The position numbers and the translations under genes were made by a program. From assembly GCA_021613535.1 (NCBI GenBank), contig CP075497.1, positions 2,976,001 through 3,040,000 of the forward strand: a stretch of 64,000 nt of DNA. The letters run 5' to 3'. Below are positions 1 through 12,917 of the stretch, piece after piece (within the stretch, counting starts at the first letter, position 1; every line of letters starts with the position of its first letter). The notes under the pieces were generated by a model. The model had not been told where the DNA came from and did not search any database. It was given only the letters and a program-made list of their open reading frames with translations. The DNA is from Adineta vaga (Eukaryota > Animalia > Rotifera).

Positions 1-10
1 TTCTTTCTTT

Positions 11-567
11 TCAAGCTTCATTGATCATATCCTAAATCAAAAGATAAATATCATTCACTTCTTTTCTCTCCTTTAACTTACAATGAATTGTTTGAATTCT
101 TTGAGAAGATGTTCACGAGTTGTTGATTTTTTATTTGTTGATAAAGTTGAAGAATTTGTAATGAGAAATTGATGATATTTAGACATAAGTTTCGCTAATA
201 AACTCAGTTGTTTTTCATCAAACAGATGTTCACATGAATCACAGTCATTATAAACTTTGCCTTGAATATATTCATATAGCCAATATTTTCCATTGACATG
301 TCTTTCGTTTTTGATTGTTAAGATAGGTAGAGGAACACGATATTCCTCATTGCAATATTGATTTAGATTGACAAGGTATTTGAGTTCGAGATCTAAATTA
401 TTTGTTTGTGATGATTTAAGTACATAAGATAATTGGTCTGAACATTTGATTAACCAATTATGTCGAGATAATTTGGTGAGAGTAATGGATGTTGATGGAT
501 CGATGGATGAAAATATATGTGGCCAATGTAGTGAAAGAAGATTTTCAATATCTTCAACGTTTTCCAT
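11..567 (-). CDS. Aminoglycoside-phosphotransferase/homoserine-kinase-II-like (APH superfamily) N-terminal part; possibly truncated or a pseudogene
   Basis: ORF 73..567 has the APH N-lobe pattern (NWLI...YVLK...ELKYLVNL...VPLPI...YWLYEYIQG...LAKLMSKYH). A GTAAGT donor at 81 and TAG acceptor at 32 give DMINEA then TGA at 11-13. The catalytic HxD motif is not reached in the window. Confidence 0.55.
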
Positions 568-2122
568 TCTAATCTAGTTTGACATCTAAAATAAAGTTTC
601 AACCTTTTTTAAAATCAGATCAAAGGAGAAAACAAAACTTCTTAAAATAGTTCAAATAACTTTCGAGATCTATTTTTCTTTCTTTAAACAAATTTAATTC
701 CTTGAGCAAGTGGAAGTTGTTTCGAATAGTTGATTGTACGAAAGAAAGAGAACGAACAGTTGAAGCCATTCTACGAGTACTCAAGTTGGAATTGAAATGT
801 TTATGTTGAATTACACAATGAGATAAAAGAGAATTAATCATAATCAATAATCTTCAATAAGTATTTGTACTTAATTTGTAATATGACTATACTTCGTTTT
901 CTCTTGTTTAAATAAGTATTGATTAATTTTCTTAATGAATCTTGTTGGTTTCAAAAATATTTCTAATGAATTTCAATTAGTTCTATAACAATTTTTCTAT
1001 TAATTTCTTGAGAAATATTTTGTTTTATATGATTGATACGATCGTATATAACTGACATCTACATGTATATAGTACAAAGTCTTTGTGATTTATCTTTGAA
1101 AATTTGTGATAAAATTCAGAAAAATAATGTTTAATAAGTTTATAAGCATCCTGAATATTCTACCATTATAGGATAAACTGCTTTTCTACATCTCTTTTCT
1201 AATTGAAAATTGACATAGAACTTTATAAAAATGTTGATATCAGAATTTCTATCAGAACTATTCTTTTCGGTTTCGTCTAATTCGAAATTTGCATATTATC
1301 AATGCTGTCATGATACTCTTTATTGACGAACTTACCATTCTAAAAAATGATAGAAAATCGTCTTGTTATCCATTAAATCAATCGTCTGATAAAACAAACT
1401 TCGAAATTAAGGAGATCTTTTCTTCCTTTCGTTGAACCCATTTTGATATCTTTTTTATAAGTTAACATAATAAATATCAACTGATCGAGTTATCATTAAT
1501 TCTATCGAATCATATTTGACGACAAAATCAAATTAGCAAATGTGAAACATATTTATATATCGTCCATTTTTCAAATGATACAATATTTTAAGGTAATTGT
1601 AACAATAAAAGTAGTACATATGAGAGCTTCATCAGGCAAGGCTCTCGATTGTTTTTGAGCGTGGGAGGGGGAGCAAATATTTTTTGGGAGATAGTGGGGG
1701 CGCGAAAGGATATAAGCAGAGGGGGCATTCTGAAAAATATCCTTACATTCATAATAAAGATAGACTTTTTATCGCTTGATCATTTAAAGTAAACAGATTT
1801 TTTTCATATTCTCTAATTCGAATATGATACAAGATTAGTCTACAAAAACTAAACAATTATTCTATTCTTTAAACAATAAGAAGTGTCTAGAATTTTTCTT
1901 CATCTTTTTTTTTCGAATAAATATGTCTAATCTTTTCATGAATGAACATATAGCGTGTCGTTATGGACGTCGAATAACCAACATGATTGGCCAAACTTTG
2001 ACATATTCTTTCTTCAATCAATGTTCATTCATCTCATTTTCTCAGTCTATTCGAGGTCATTCGTATATCTATGATACAAAAATGTGTGTTTAACCATTGA
2101 ATAGATTCGAAAAAAAATAGCG

Positions 2123-5100
2123 ATGATCAAAAATACATTTGAATCGTTACCAAATGAACTTTTTCTCATTATATTTTCTTATTTATCTTCATTTGATCTT
2201 TGTCAAGCTTTTCTTGACATCAACAATGCTCGTATTCAATCTCTTCTTACTTCGATTCGTCATTCATTGGATGTTAGTTTAATGCATTATGATCAACTAC
2301 ATTTATGGCTCAATAGTAATCATGATAATAGAAATCGTTTTACTACTTTGATTGATACGGTTGTGCTCAATAATTCATATCCTTGTCGGACGTTGCTGGA
2401 ATATTGGAAAAAGACTTTCAAAGAAAGTGAACAAATCAATATACTCTTTCCATCAATAAAACGTTTTATAGTGTTACAAGCAGAACACTTTCCACATGAT
2501 TATATTCGAACGACACTAGTACCTCTAGTTTCTGCTAACAATACATTACAATATTTACATCTTATCTTCAAAATACCCAGATGCAGTTATCCAAAAGTTC
2601 TTGCTGAACTTATTCGTTATCGTATTTCAGTTCATACTATGATACTAGAAGTTGAACAGGGTATGTTATCAAACATGTTTTCAAAGTAAAAGTCTTGAAT
2701 GATCTGTAGTGATATTATTGATGAAGTCATCGTGCTGGATAGAGATCTCGAGTTGAGAAATTCCAGATAGCCTTTGGATTTAAGTTCGAAAAATAGTCAA
2801 ATACATTTGAGACTGGATGGGTAGTTTCAATACGAATATTTAATTGACTAACTGCGGGTGTCACATTTTGTTGTAACTAAATGTGAGGACAGAACTAGAT
2901 GTGTGACTCGCCCATCTATAGTATTTTGTAAGACGAGTAAATCATAGTAGCATCCAAGATAGAATGAAAAAGTTTGTTGTGCGCTCGCCTGTAATGATAA
3001 TATATTAATTGCTATATATCGTGTACAAGTGGATTATTATCAAATAGAAATCTTCTTTAAAGTATATTAATGTAATTGCGGAATTTTATTCAGCGAAATG
3101 TCATAGTTTGCCACAGAAATACTACCGAAAGCGAGTTTTCGTATGGTGAACACTTCCTTTTGATTATGTTCATATGAAATATATGTATTGAACAATATCT
3201 TTCATATAAATTAATAGATCGTTTTCACTCTGGCATTCAGTCTTCATGATAATACTTACGTCACTCATTGTAGTGGAGTAGTTCCACAAACAAAAATGAC
3301 ATTTTAAATTTATCATAAGAAGATATCAAATCTGTGATGGATTCATGCCTTTTTGATACTATTCTTAAGAAAGGAAATAATCGTATGAAAACTAGAAAAT
3401 CGAATCTACCAGAAGCGAATTATTCGATTAGACAACAAGTGGATACTTCTACTTTGCTAAGATAAAAAGTAGATTAAAGGAATATAATTTGTATCCTTCG
3501 TCTGTTTCGTTGCAGAGATTTTTCTTATTCTATCTCAGGTCGGAAGACTTCTCAAACATGAGTAATGATGATGTACAGTGAATATATAACAGAAAGCAAA
3601 ATATAGTATTCTGTAAAGAGCCAGTAATAAAAACTGTCATTATAAAAAAAGACCTGTAATCCATTGTTTTCATATTTATCAGAATCACTTTTGTTTTCCT
3701 TCGAGGAAAAAAAAGTTCGTTTAACTTTTCTAAAACAAAAAGCTATTGAAGTGAAAGAATCTTTTTTTACTTGGCTGTTATTTTTTACTGATCTTATTCC
3801 TAGATCACAATTGTTGGTCGGAACAAAGGGAATGTTTGCATAAAATGGAACAACTATCTTGGCCAAGTACAATTCAATTAACATTAAGTATTCAATATCC
3901 AAGCGAACTAGCACTTTTATTTCAAAACAATGCGCTACCTGCAATCGAATATTTGAATATTACTATCGAGAATCCACAAACTGTTGCATCTTGCAAAGTA
4001 TCAAATACTCAACGTTCCAAAGATTCTCTACGTGAAACAACTACTGGAGGTGCTCATCTGAGAGTTTTGATCTTACATAATGCAACTCTAAATGATGTTA
4101 TCATGTTGATTGGCTCGCTAACCTTGCCTGTACTTGAAGAACTGATACTTATTGATATGTATGATGATAGTAAGTGATTTCGTCGTCATCTATTGTTGTA
4201 ACAATAAGTGATTATAATCATCCATTTAGTTTCATTCATAATACACATGTTTTCATTCCATTTCTTTTTTTCTGGCAGCTTTACATTGTTTTGACCGATT
4301 TCAAGAACTTTGTACTTCAACACATCTACCTGCTTTGAAAAATCTTCATTTCTCATTATGTTTTCCTCAAGAAATCGAACATGCATGGAGAATGAGTTCA
4401 TTTAATTTCAATCGGCAATGGCCTTTTGACAATATTAATTATTATACGGATGAGCGTCATGTATATGTTTGGGAAACAGGAGGTTATATTACAAAGATCG
4501 TACTTGTTATCTATAATTGTCCAGTTAACCTTCTATATCACCACAAACGAACTTTTTACAATCATGGTTTTGCAACAAATGTATCTGCTCCGATTCGGAC
4601 AATTCGACGACGATTGGTTCAATGGACATGTGGTCAAAAATATGACGCTGAACAATTTAACAAAACTCTTCAAATAGTTGCAAGCGGTCATGTTAATGAA
4701 CTTCATTTAACATATTTAGATGAGCAAGTAAGTCAGAAAAAAGTAAATTAAATAAACCTCCTTAATCTCAATTCGGAATTATAGTAGTTTTTTTCTCGAA
4801 ACTGAACAAAAACAATTGATAGATTTCTTATAAACAACAAGTATAAACTTATTCTTTGAGTTTAAGAATATGTATAATAAATTCGAGACAAGTTAGAATA
4901 TTTTGTTTAGTCTGAATCAATGATGATAGTTTAATTCGAATAAATGAATACATCTAAGATTTTAATGTAAAATTTAACTAACATCATAGTACTATTTGAT
5001 TTGATTTTCTTTGTTATGAGAAGTTTAGCATGAATTGAATTGAATTTTGAAGTTAGTAAAGATTTTATTCTTTTTGTGGTGTCCAGTATATAAAATAACT

Positions 5101-6078
5101 CATTCCTTTTGAATTGTTTCAACGATATCTTCTGATCATTGGGAAAAAAATCAATGAGATAAATCTTAGTTTGATTTTCTTGTACGATTATAGTCAATTG
5201 TAATTTCCTGACAACCGAAGGCATCTACATATGATAGATTTCGACTTATGCCTTTTCTCTCTGTAAAAGGATAAGACATTGTTCAAATGTCGAAAATGAA
5301 TCATCATATACATTTGGTACGAAAGACACTTTCTAATCCAAAAATAATTACGATATTAAATATCTATTTGATTTATTCGTACTTGAACTCTATTCTTTGT
5401 CCTATTTCGTTACTATTTCGAATGTATAAAAGTCGAGTCTTGAAAAATAATCAATTTCTTCATCGAACAAGTAAAAACATGACTCAATACTGTAAAAAGT
5501 AATGATGTATTTGTGTTCTTTAGATGAACATATCAACGATACCGAATGGTGATTTACCGTGGAATTTATCTCTTAATCATTTACGATCTATTACATTCAA
5601 TATCGACTCAAATTCAATTAAGAACTGCGAACGCATCGTCATGGTTGAACGAATTCTTGATGCATCACCAAATCTTTCTTCTCTTGTCGTTTCATGGAGA
5701 GATTTTCGTCAATGTTCACGAAAATACTTGAATCTGAAACATGTACATCTCTTATTAAACGGACAATATGATAACCCAAAACGTTATATAAATATTTGTC
5801 AATTACATGAACTAGTGCCTCATCTATCTCTACTAGAAACAAGTGGTGGAGTTATGAAACAAAATGAAGATCTTGTTGAGGTTATTGTGAACATTAGTCA
5901 TCAATTTGAACAATTGGTCTATTTAGTATTAAACAAAAGCTGCTGTTATAGATCTACAGACAAACAAAAACTTAAGTTCAACAACGCATTAATTGCAGCT
6001 ACTCATGAGAAAATATTTCATGGTTACAATATTCATTTTCGATTTCATTTAAATGATGAGTTACGTATTTGGTTCTGA
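2123..6078 (+). CDS. F-box domain protein with LRR-like C-terminal region, 4 exons (2123-2660, 3804-4169, 4279-4727, 5524-6078)
   Basis: N-terminal F-box motif FESLPNELFLIIFSYL. GT-AG junctions join the four ORF pieces in frame (phases 1, 1, 0). Confidence 0.8.
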
Positions 6079-6348
6079 TATTATTTGAGAAAGTATGGAG
6101 TCTTACTAATGTAATCTTTACGAAAAATATCCGAGCATGTCATATTGTTGATTATTTGTATTATTGAAGAGCTTCGATCGTCAATCTAAAATATGTATAT
6201 TCACCAAAATTGTTTGCATAGGAAATTAGTTTTCTTTAATAAAATACCTAAAAAAATACCCCCTTGGGGACGAAGTGACTGTGGCGATAGATACCGAATA
6301 TTTCTAAAATATCAATCAAATCTGTTTATTGAAAATATGTTTATACGT

Positions 6349-6770
6349 CTAAAAGTATTTCAAAATGTGGTAATCTCAAAAACAATCAGAAATACAAAGT
6401 CCAACGTTGTATTCAGTACATTCATATCTCGAAACGGCTCTCTTCTCTGTTCTACTGATAGTATTTGCACAAACAATACATTGTTCTCGAGGATCTTTTG
6501 TCGTTGTTATTGACGGTATAAATGACGGAAAATGACGACCAGTAAGCCTAATAGAATTTTCATTAAAACCACATCGAGATCTTGTTGCGTTTGCACCTTC
6601 ATATACTTCAGTAATCTGACGAATCAGCTGTAATCGAAATTCTTAAAATCGAATACGATTACTAGTTTGTACTTATACAAAATAAAAGATTTGAGAACAG
6701 ATGCATTCAACAGATGAAAGAAAAGCTTCTTTTACCATTTGATTGTTTTTCTAACATATTGAATATAATT
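6349..6770 (-). mobile_element. Decayed piggyBac (PGBD4-like) transposase C-terminal fragment
   Basis: Manual translation: VRKTIKW*KKLFFHLLNASVLKSFILYK, then a frameshift, then F*EFRLQLIRQI...RLTGRHFPSFIP...CIVCA...SRYECTEYNVGLCISDCF*DYHILKYF*. This matches the piggyBac RKTxKWYKKLFFHLL motif and the C-terminal Cys-rich finger. Three internal stops plus a frameshift. A possible worn terminus (CCCCTTGGGGACG) lies near 6260. Confidence 0.85.
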
Positions 6771-7112
6771 AATCGGACGTTGTATTTTTTTTTCTTCCTT
6801 AACAAATTGCACTGGTGATTTTTCATCTGTATCACTAATAATAGCCGAAGGTATATTTTCACTCGGAACTTTTACTGGGTTGATAAGAACGACAGCAACT
6901 ACTTCAAACAAAATAAAATGAATAAAATAAGAAAAAGAAATTACGTGTTACAATATTAACTACTGATGTGAAATCTTCTGCAACAAATGAATTTGATTGT
7001 AGATATAGTGTAGCGAAAAATACGAAGAGAACGAAAGATCTATAAATAAAATATGACGTTGAATTTTTTCCTTGTTAAATTACGTTCGTATACATACGTA
7101 CCTGAGCGTCAT
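6732..7112 (-). CDS. Small secreted-type protein (90 aa; exons 7112-7102, 7039-6945, 6898-6732), paralog of 12918..13376, with a piggyBac-derived 3' end; may be a pseudogene
   Basis: Spliced product MTLRSFVLFVFFATLYLQSNS...SAIISDTDEKSPVQFVKEEKKIQRPINYIQYVRKTIKW*. Canonical splice sites. Shares a block with SAIVVDTDEKLPMKYVKEEK in the 12918..13376 ORF. Confidence 0.6.
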
Positions 7113-8437
7113 GTTAATTATTCATTCAAAACATAATTTCTTTGAATTTGAAGGCCTCAAATGAACATAATCTAGGCATCAACAATATGTTATTGAGAAC
7201 AGATTTGGAACCTCATACTTTTTCAAGTATACGGGAAAAGTAGGCGCATTACTAGAATCAATTGACGTGTCCATCCGTTCGTTCGCTTACACGATAACAC
7301 CTGAAAGGCTAATCCGATTATGATGAAATTTTATAGAGAGTATTGGAAAAATACTAATATTTTCCTATATTTTTTATCTCGTACATTTTTTGCAGTACAC
7401 ATGACTTTCGGTGAAAATCTGAAGTTTCTGCATTTATTTATTATATATTATTTGTAGTATTTGTGCTCTATCAGCTAGCTACAATAGCAGGCGAAACAGA
7501 GTCAACAATGATACCACCACCACCACCACCACCACCAAGCTCTTCAAGTTAGTTCAAATAAACGATTATAGATTGTCATTTGTAGGTTTTATTAATTATT
7601 TTAGGTATACAGAAAAGATACATGAACTTCAAGTACATTAGTTTGGTATGAAGACGTTTATAGAAGATTAATAGATCTAGCAATAGACTGCATCATATAA
7701 AAGATATAGTTGCGAGATTTTCATTTGCAGCGCAAAATGCATATTAGTGCATCTCATTTTGATCTTCGTTAGATGAAAAGCTCTTCATGATTAGTCTGTC
7801 AGATGAGTATCAAATAATGTTTTTAAAATTTAAAATTCGTGGTATAGAATTTTCCATAATGAGGATAGACATACGTCAGGTATCCCTATGAAAAATCATA
7901 AGGCGTATTGACGTTGAGTCGATTGAGTAGGATTATTTTGATCGACGAACAGTTGTTTATTACTGTGATTAATGTTTGTCTCTTCTGGATGACGAGACTG
8001 TTTTAATATTTTCGATAGATAGTGGAATCAAAGATGCTTCCAGCTTACATCGGTTTCAGATAATTGTGAAAATGTCTATGAATATATGATGAAGTCTTTC
8101 AAGCGAATTATTTCCAAGTGGAACAATCCGTCGAGGAACCGACCGGTTCCGTGGTATTCTGGATATTTCATGAAAACAGTATTCCCGTTGATCGGATCCG
8201 ATCGAAACTGATTGTTTTCGTTCATAGAGTTTTACTCTTAAATCGATTTGGATGAACGGTCGTTGGTACGTATCTCGACGACTTGAAAGAAAGTTAAAAG
8301 AAGAGAAAACGAAGTAACTGCTAAAAAAGATTGTTAATAGACAGTTTTTCCAATGAGTTTCGATTTTCTATTCCTATACTTATCTCTCTTTGAACTTTGA
8401 ATTGATTATGACTGAAGTTGTTTTCTTCTTCTTTTAG

Positions 8438-9010
8438 ACTCCAACTGCAAATTATTTAAAACAGATCAACAGCACGCATTATTTATTGCTGCTCACGTTC
8501 GTCTTAATTTTTACATATATCGTTTTGTTTGGTGTTTGTGCATTTAAATCGTCATTTTTATTTGAAACCAAAATGAACGAAATGTTATTAACTCACGGTG
8601 ATGACAAGAAGTTGGAAGAAGTTTTGGCGAATATGATCAACGACGAATGCAATTGCTATCATTGTGTGGAAATGCATGGAACTTTTCGAGGATTAAAAGA
8701 AATGATTCATCTACAAAAATTAAGTAAACAACGTGATTATGAATTGAAAACTGTACGAGCTCTGTTCAAAACTTTTTCGATTATAAACATGATAGTCGTA
8801 TTTTTCGTTTTTGGTGATTCAAAACTAATCTCGTTTATATCCTTCATTTCACTTCTCTTGATGTTCGGATCGATCCATGTAAAAGAAGCATCCGCAGTTC
8901 TTGCTTATGAATGTTCTGTATTGTTCATATCGTCCGCAGTATTATGCAAATCTTGTTATGTCATTGTGATCGATATCATGTCCATTGAAGTAAATCGAAC
9001 AAGCGAATAG
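8438..9010 (+). CDS. Uncharacterised multi-pass membrane protein (terminal exon; upstream exon not resolved)
   Basis: Pyrimidine tract plus TAG acceptor at 8437 is in frame with the 174-aa ORF. CxCxxC motif and several hydrophobic helices. Confidence 0.45.
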   Translation, partial: TPTANYLKQINSTHYLLLLTFVLIFTYIVLFGVCAFKSSFLFETKMNEMLLTHGDDKKLEEVLANMINDECNCYHCVEMHGTFRGLKEMIHLQKLSKQRDYELKTVRALFKTFSIINMIVVFFVFGDSKLISFISFISLLLMFGSIHVKEASAVLAYECSVLFISSAVLCKSCYVIVIDIMSIEVNRTSE

Positions 9011-9505
9011 TCTTGAACGACACTAAAAACATTTTTATTTTCATCACTATCCTTGCTTTTCTTTAGATTGTCATTGTTCCTTGTCATATATATTTCGATC
9101 TGATTGCGACGATTTCGTTCGAACACATGTCGATGTTTTTTATTGATTGATTGATTGTTTTTATCATTTTTCAGATCGTTTTAACATCGCTATCATGTCA
9201 TCGGACTCAGATTTTGCTACTAACACAGTAAATACAATCAATACTCCGCAACTAGTTGGTAACGTAGGGAATTGAATTGACTAGAATTTTGCAAAAGTCT
9301 TTTTTGCTTTTTATTCTTCTAGCAGAGATATTGTACAAAAAATGTTTTGATAAACTGGTACGTCGTCAATTGATAGAAGATTGCGACAAGAATTTTATTG
9401 TTCTTTTTTTTTCAGGAAATTTTTGAGAGATATTAATCTGATTGTTTTCTATTTTCAGCAACCGAAACCAATTGATTCCTTAATCGATCGAGGCCAAAAG
9501 ACATT

Positions 9506-9985
9506 GTGATTCCGATGATGAATAATATTTATTCGAAACATAAATATTTTTCGGAAAATTTACAAATTGAAAGAGAAACAATGAATAAATATAAACAAGA
9601 CTTAAAACAATTGTCAAGTAATTTGAAATCGAGTTTTAATGACAATGATTTATCCTGTCGACGATGTGATTATCTAATGATAAAATTAGATATGAAACAT
9701 GTTTCTCGTGTATTAGAAAATAATCGTCATATTAAATATGAATATGATGAATTTTTATTTCCTTTACAATATTTCTCGATTCTAATTTGCTTTATCAATA
9801 AAATTTGTATCATTATGATCTTCAAAGAACCATTTCGATTATTTTTTATATCGAATTTATTTGTTATTCTATGCCTGTGTATCTATGGAGAATTTTTCAC
9901 TGATGATCAATCAAGTCTTAAGTACACAAATACCATTGGTTTGTTCATTTGTGTAATTCTGCTAATCTCCTATTCAAAATATTGA
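9506..9985 (+). CDS. Uncharacterised membrane protein, possible distant paralog of the 8438..9010 gene
   Basis: 159-aa ORF with a coiled region, CxxC, then three hydrophobic segments. The 5' end is uncertain. Confidence 0.4.
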   Translation: MIPMMNNIYSKHKYFSENLQIERETMNKYKQDLKQLSSNLKSSFNDNDLSCRRCDYLMIKLDMKHVSRVLENNRHIKYEYDEFLFPLQYFSILICFINKICIIMIFKEPFRLFFISNLFVILCLCIYGEFFTDDQSSLKYTNTIGLFICVILLISYSKY

Positions 9986-11209
9986 AAACATTATTAATTA
10001 TTCTACATTATCAAATAATGAAAAATACTTTAACAAGTGAATGATTCAAATTTTTATTAAAAGTTTATCAGATATTAAAACTGAAAATTTCAAAGTGGGA
10101 AATCTGAGGTTTTGTCTCATTTTCAATGAATAGTATCACGAAAAATAATTGAGCTACTTTGTCAATGGAGTTCTTATTCATCAAAGAAATTCTCGTTATT
10201 TGAACTAGTGATTTAAATTTGTATGTGTATTTACTTTGATGATTTGTTTGATTAAAATACAAGAGTATAAACGAAGTTGTCGTGTATAGATATTCGAACT
10301 GTTTGTAATACATGTCGATTGTTCTTGCGCACTATTTTGATTGAATCTATAAAGAATTCGTGTTGACAAAGTTATAGAGTTCTTTTTTTGTCTAAATATT
10401 TTTTTCCCTAACGATTGTCCAATAGAATACGATGATTGTTTTTTCTCATTAATTTTCATGTGTAAACTTGCTTTTTTTCGTGTGTTATGTTTAATGGAAA
10501 AAAATCGAAATGTTACAAATATTGATACTATAATATTTATTAGTTCGTTTATACAATAAAACGTAACATACTTCTCAATTTCTCCTATTCTTGATTAATA
10601 GTACTGATAATTTTATCAAGAGAATAAATAGATTTGTATTTTACAACTAAAAAGCAATATACTCTTTCAACACACATTTTACATGAATCAGTCATTTTAC
10701 AAAATATAGAAAATCATCATGTAAATGAGCACAAAGTAATGTGTGTAGAGTTGAAATATTTTCCTTAATAGGAAATCACTATCTTCAGAGTTCAATTCGT
10801 TCGATTTACTGTCAGATTGATTTGACATGTTCTTTAGCAAAGACAAGATAGCTTCAACCAAATATTCATAAATAATTCTTATTTTATTTTCATTCATTGT
10901 ATTGCTAACAAGTATATTTCATTTCAGCTCTCATCGTTTTCTATGTTGTGAAGTGTTAATCTTCTTATTCTTCTTCGTTTGTTGCTTCTTGTCTTCTTTT
11001 TGATGTTATAATTAATAATATTAATAAGAAAAACAAATAATTAAAATGAAAATCGATTTATCTTCGTCGTTTTAATCGTTCATGCAATAAAGTAGCGACT
11101 TCTTTTCGAGCTTGATAATGAAAACGAATGGATGAAGTATTCAATTTCCTAAAAGTGACACGAAAAGAAATTATTATTCAAAAGAAACATAATGAATCTT
11201 TAGAAAACT

Positions 11210-12109
11210 TTACCATCCATGATCTTTATGTACAGCTGTATACGATTCATTAGTTCTATAAACACGTTCTGTATCAGATGGATCGATCATATAAAGATAA
11301 TCTATTCCAAAATTATCGAACATTCCTTCGATAGAAACACGTCGTGGTTCGAAATCTGCAGAAGTAGGAAAAGTCCATTCAATTTCAAGATAATCAACTA
11401 ATGCAAGACTTCGATCAGCAATCATTTTCTCTAGAATGGCTATTTCAGCTCCGTCAACAGTAAATTTAATGTAAAGATAATTTTCTGGTTTAAAATTTTT
11501 CAATAACCATTGAGAGAAATCAATAGCATGAACATAAGATGTAGAATTTTGATCAATTCTGGATTTTTCTCCTCTCTCAATTGCATATTGAACTCTATCA
11601 TTCTTTGTCCATGCAGCTAGATTGTGAATAGTTTTAGGTATCGATGTTGATTGTTCTTGTTTAGATTTACATGTGGCATAATTGATTGGATCAGGTTCAA
11701 ATGTAATAATCGTAAGATTTCTTGTTTGTAAGATTTCTTCTTCTGAATGAAAATGAATAAACTGTTCAATATCTCGTCCATCGAAACATCCTAAATCAAT
11801 GTAATAAAATTGATCACTTGTCTGAGTCTTGTTTATTTGAAGATAACGTTCATAATCATAATAGAACGTTTTTTCTGAACCAGATATTTTTTTCATTGAA
11901 TTAATTTGAGATAATGATGGTTTCATCTGTGTAAAAATCATTTCGTCTTCGCAACGGAAGAAATTGATTGCACTTAAAACATAAATAAATATTCCTAGAG
12001 TTAAAAGAGCATTTAATAAGAATGATCTTGAAGATGGTGTTGAAGTATCCAATGATTTTTTTGTTCGTAAATGATTATATTGACTGTACATTGGAATTCG
12101 AAATTCCAT
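11210..12109 (-). CDS. FkbM-family SAM-dependent methyltransferase-like protein with N-terminal signal anchor, intronless
   Basis: Motifs YYIDLGCFDG, ITFEPDP, IDFSQWLLKNF..YLYIKFTVDGAE..ILEKMI..VDYLEIEW. One hydrophobic helix near the N-terminus. Confidence 0.75.
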   Translation of the reverse strand: MEFRIPMYSQYNHLRTKKSLDTSTPSSRSFLLNALLTLGIFIYVLSAINFFRCEDEMIFTQMKPSLSQINSMKKISGSEKTFYYDYERYLQINKTQTSDQFYYIDLGCFDGRDIEQFIHFHSEEEILQTRNLTIITFEPDPINYATCKSKQEQSTSIPKTIHNLAAWTKNDRVQYAIERGEKSRIDQNSTSYVHAIDFSQWLLKNFKPENYLYIKFTVDGAEIAILEKMIADRSLALVDYLEIEWTFPTSADFEPRRVSIEGMFDNFGIDYLYMIDPSDTERVYRTNESYTAVHKDHGW

Positions 12110-12917
12110 TAAGCACTATACAGAAGAAAGGAAATAATGTTAATTTAAATAAAATGGTCTTATTATTCAATACCTTTCTTAACTCAATTAGAAAGAGAGA
12201 AGATACAATGAAAAACATGCGCCCTAATCATATATATATATACATAAACATAAATTTTCTTTTTACTCTACCGAGCAAGAACAATAAGGAGCATGCCTCA
12301 TGATTTTGACTCTTCGTCAGGTTACTTTAGTAGTGAGGCGATGATGCAAAACGTAATGAAAAAATAATTATGACACATTCTTCCGAGATAGTCGGAACAT
12401 ACATTTTTCCTACTAATTTAAAACCAATCGATTACAAAGAAATATATTACTTCCGAAAAAAAATGCCTAGTCACTATCACTGATTAACGACTGATCAACT
12501 ATATTTATCACCAGTATACTGTTAATCATTCAATATGCTATAAATGAACATGGAACAGAGTCTCTAGTTTACTAAGGACGTGTTTTCTTTTCATATCAAC
12601 ATTACATCTGATGTAATCAATCAAATACATAGTTTTTTTTCAATATGATGAGTCATCGACTGTATTCATGAAATTATACACACCATATACTTTTTTTACA
12701 TGACTGATTTACATTAGTCAATATTGTTATCATAGGAATGATTTTGGTGTGCTTCCATTTGCATGACATACGGACAGATAGAAGAAAAAACATTCCTCTT
12801 AGAGATAAATTTCTTTTTAGATTGTTTATTACAGTGAAAATGAATGATAATACAATATTGAAATAACTATATCTAAGAAGAGAGAAATAATTTAACGAAA
12901 TTGAATAATATTATGTT

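Noticed and set aside
7401-7641. Possible tiny spliced gene around a (CAC)n tract
   Set aside because: Splice donors are weak and the product has no recognisable features.
10068-10897. Short minus-strand ORFs of 66-84 aa
   Set aside because: No motifs or consistent splice model; may be decayed gene fragments.
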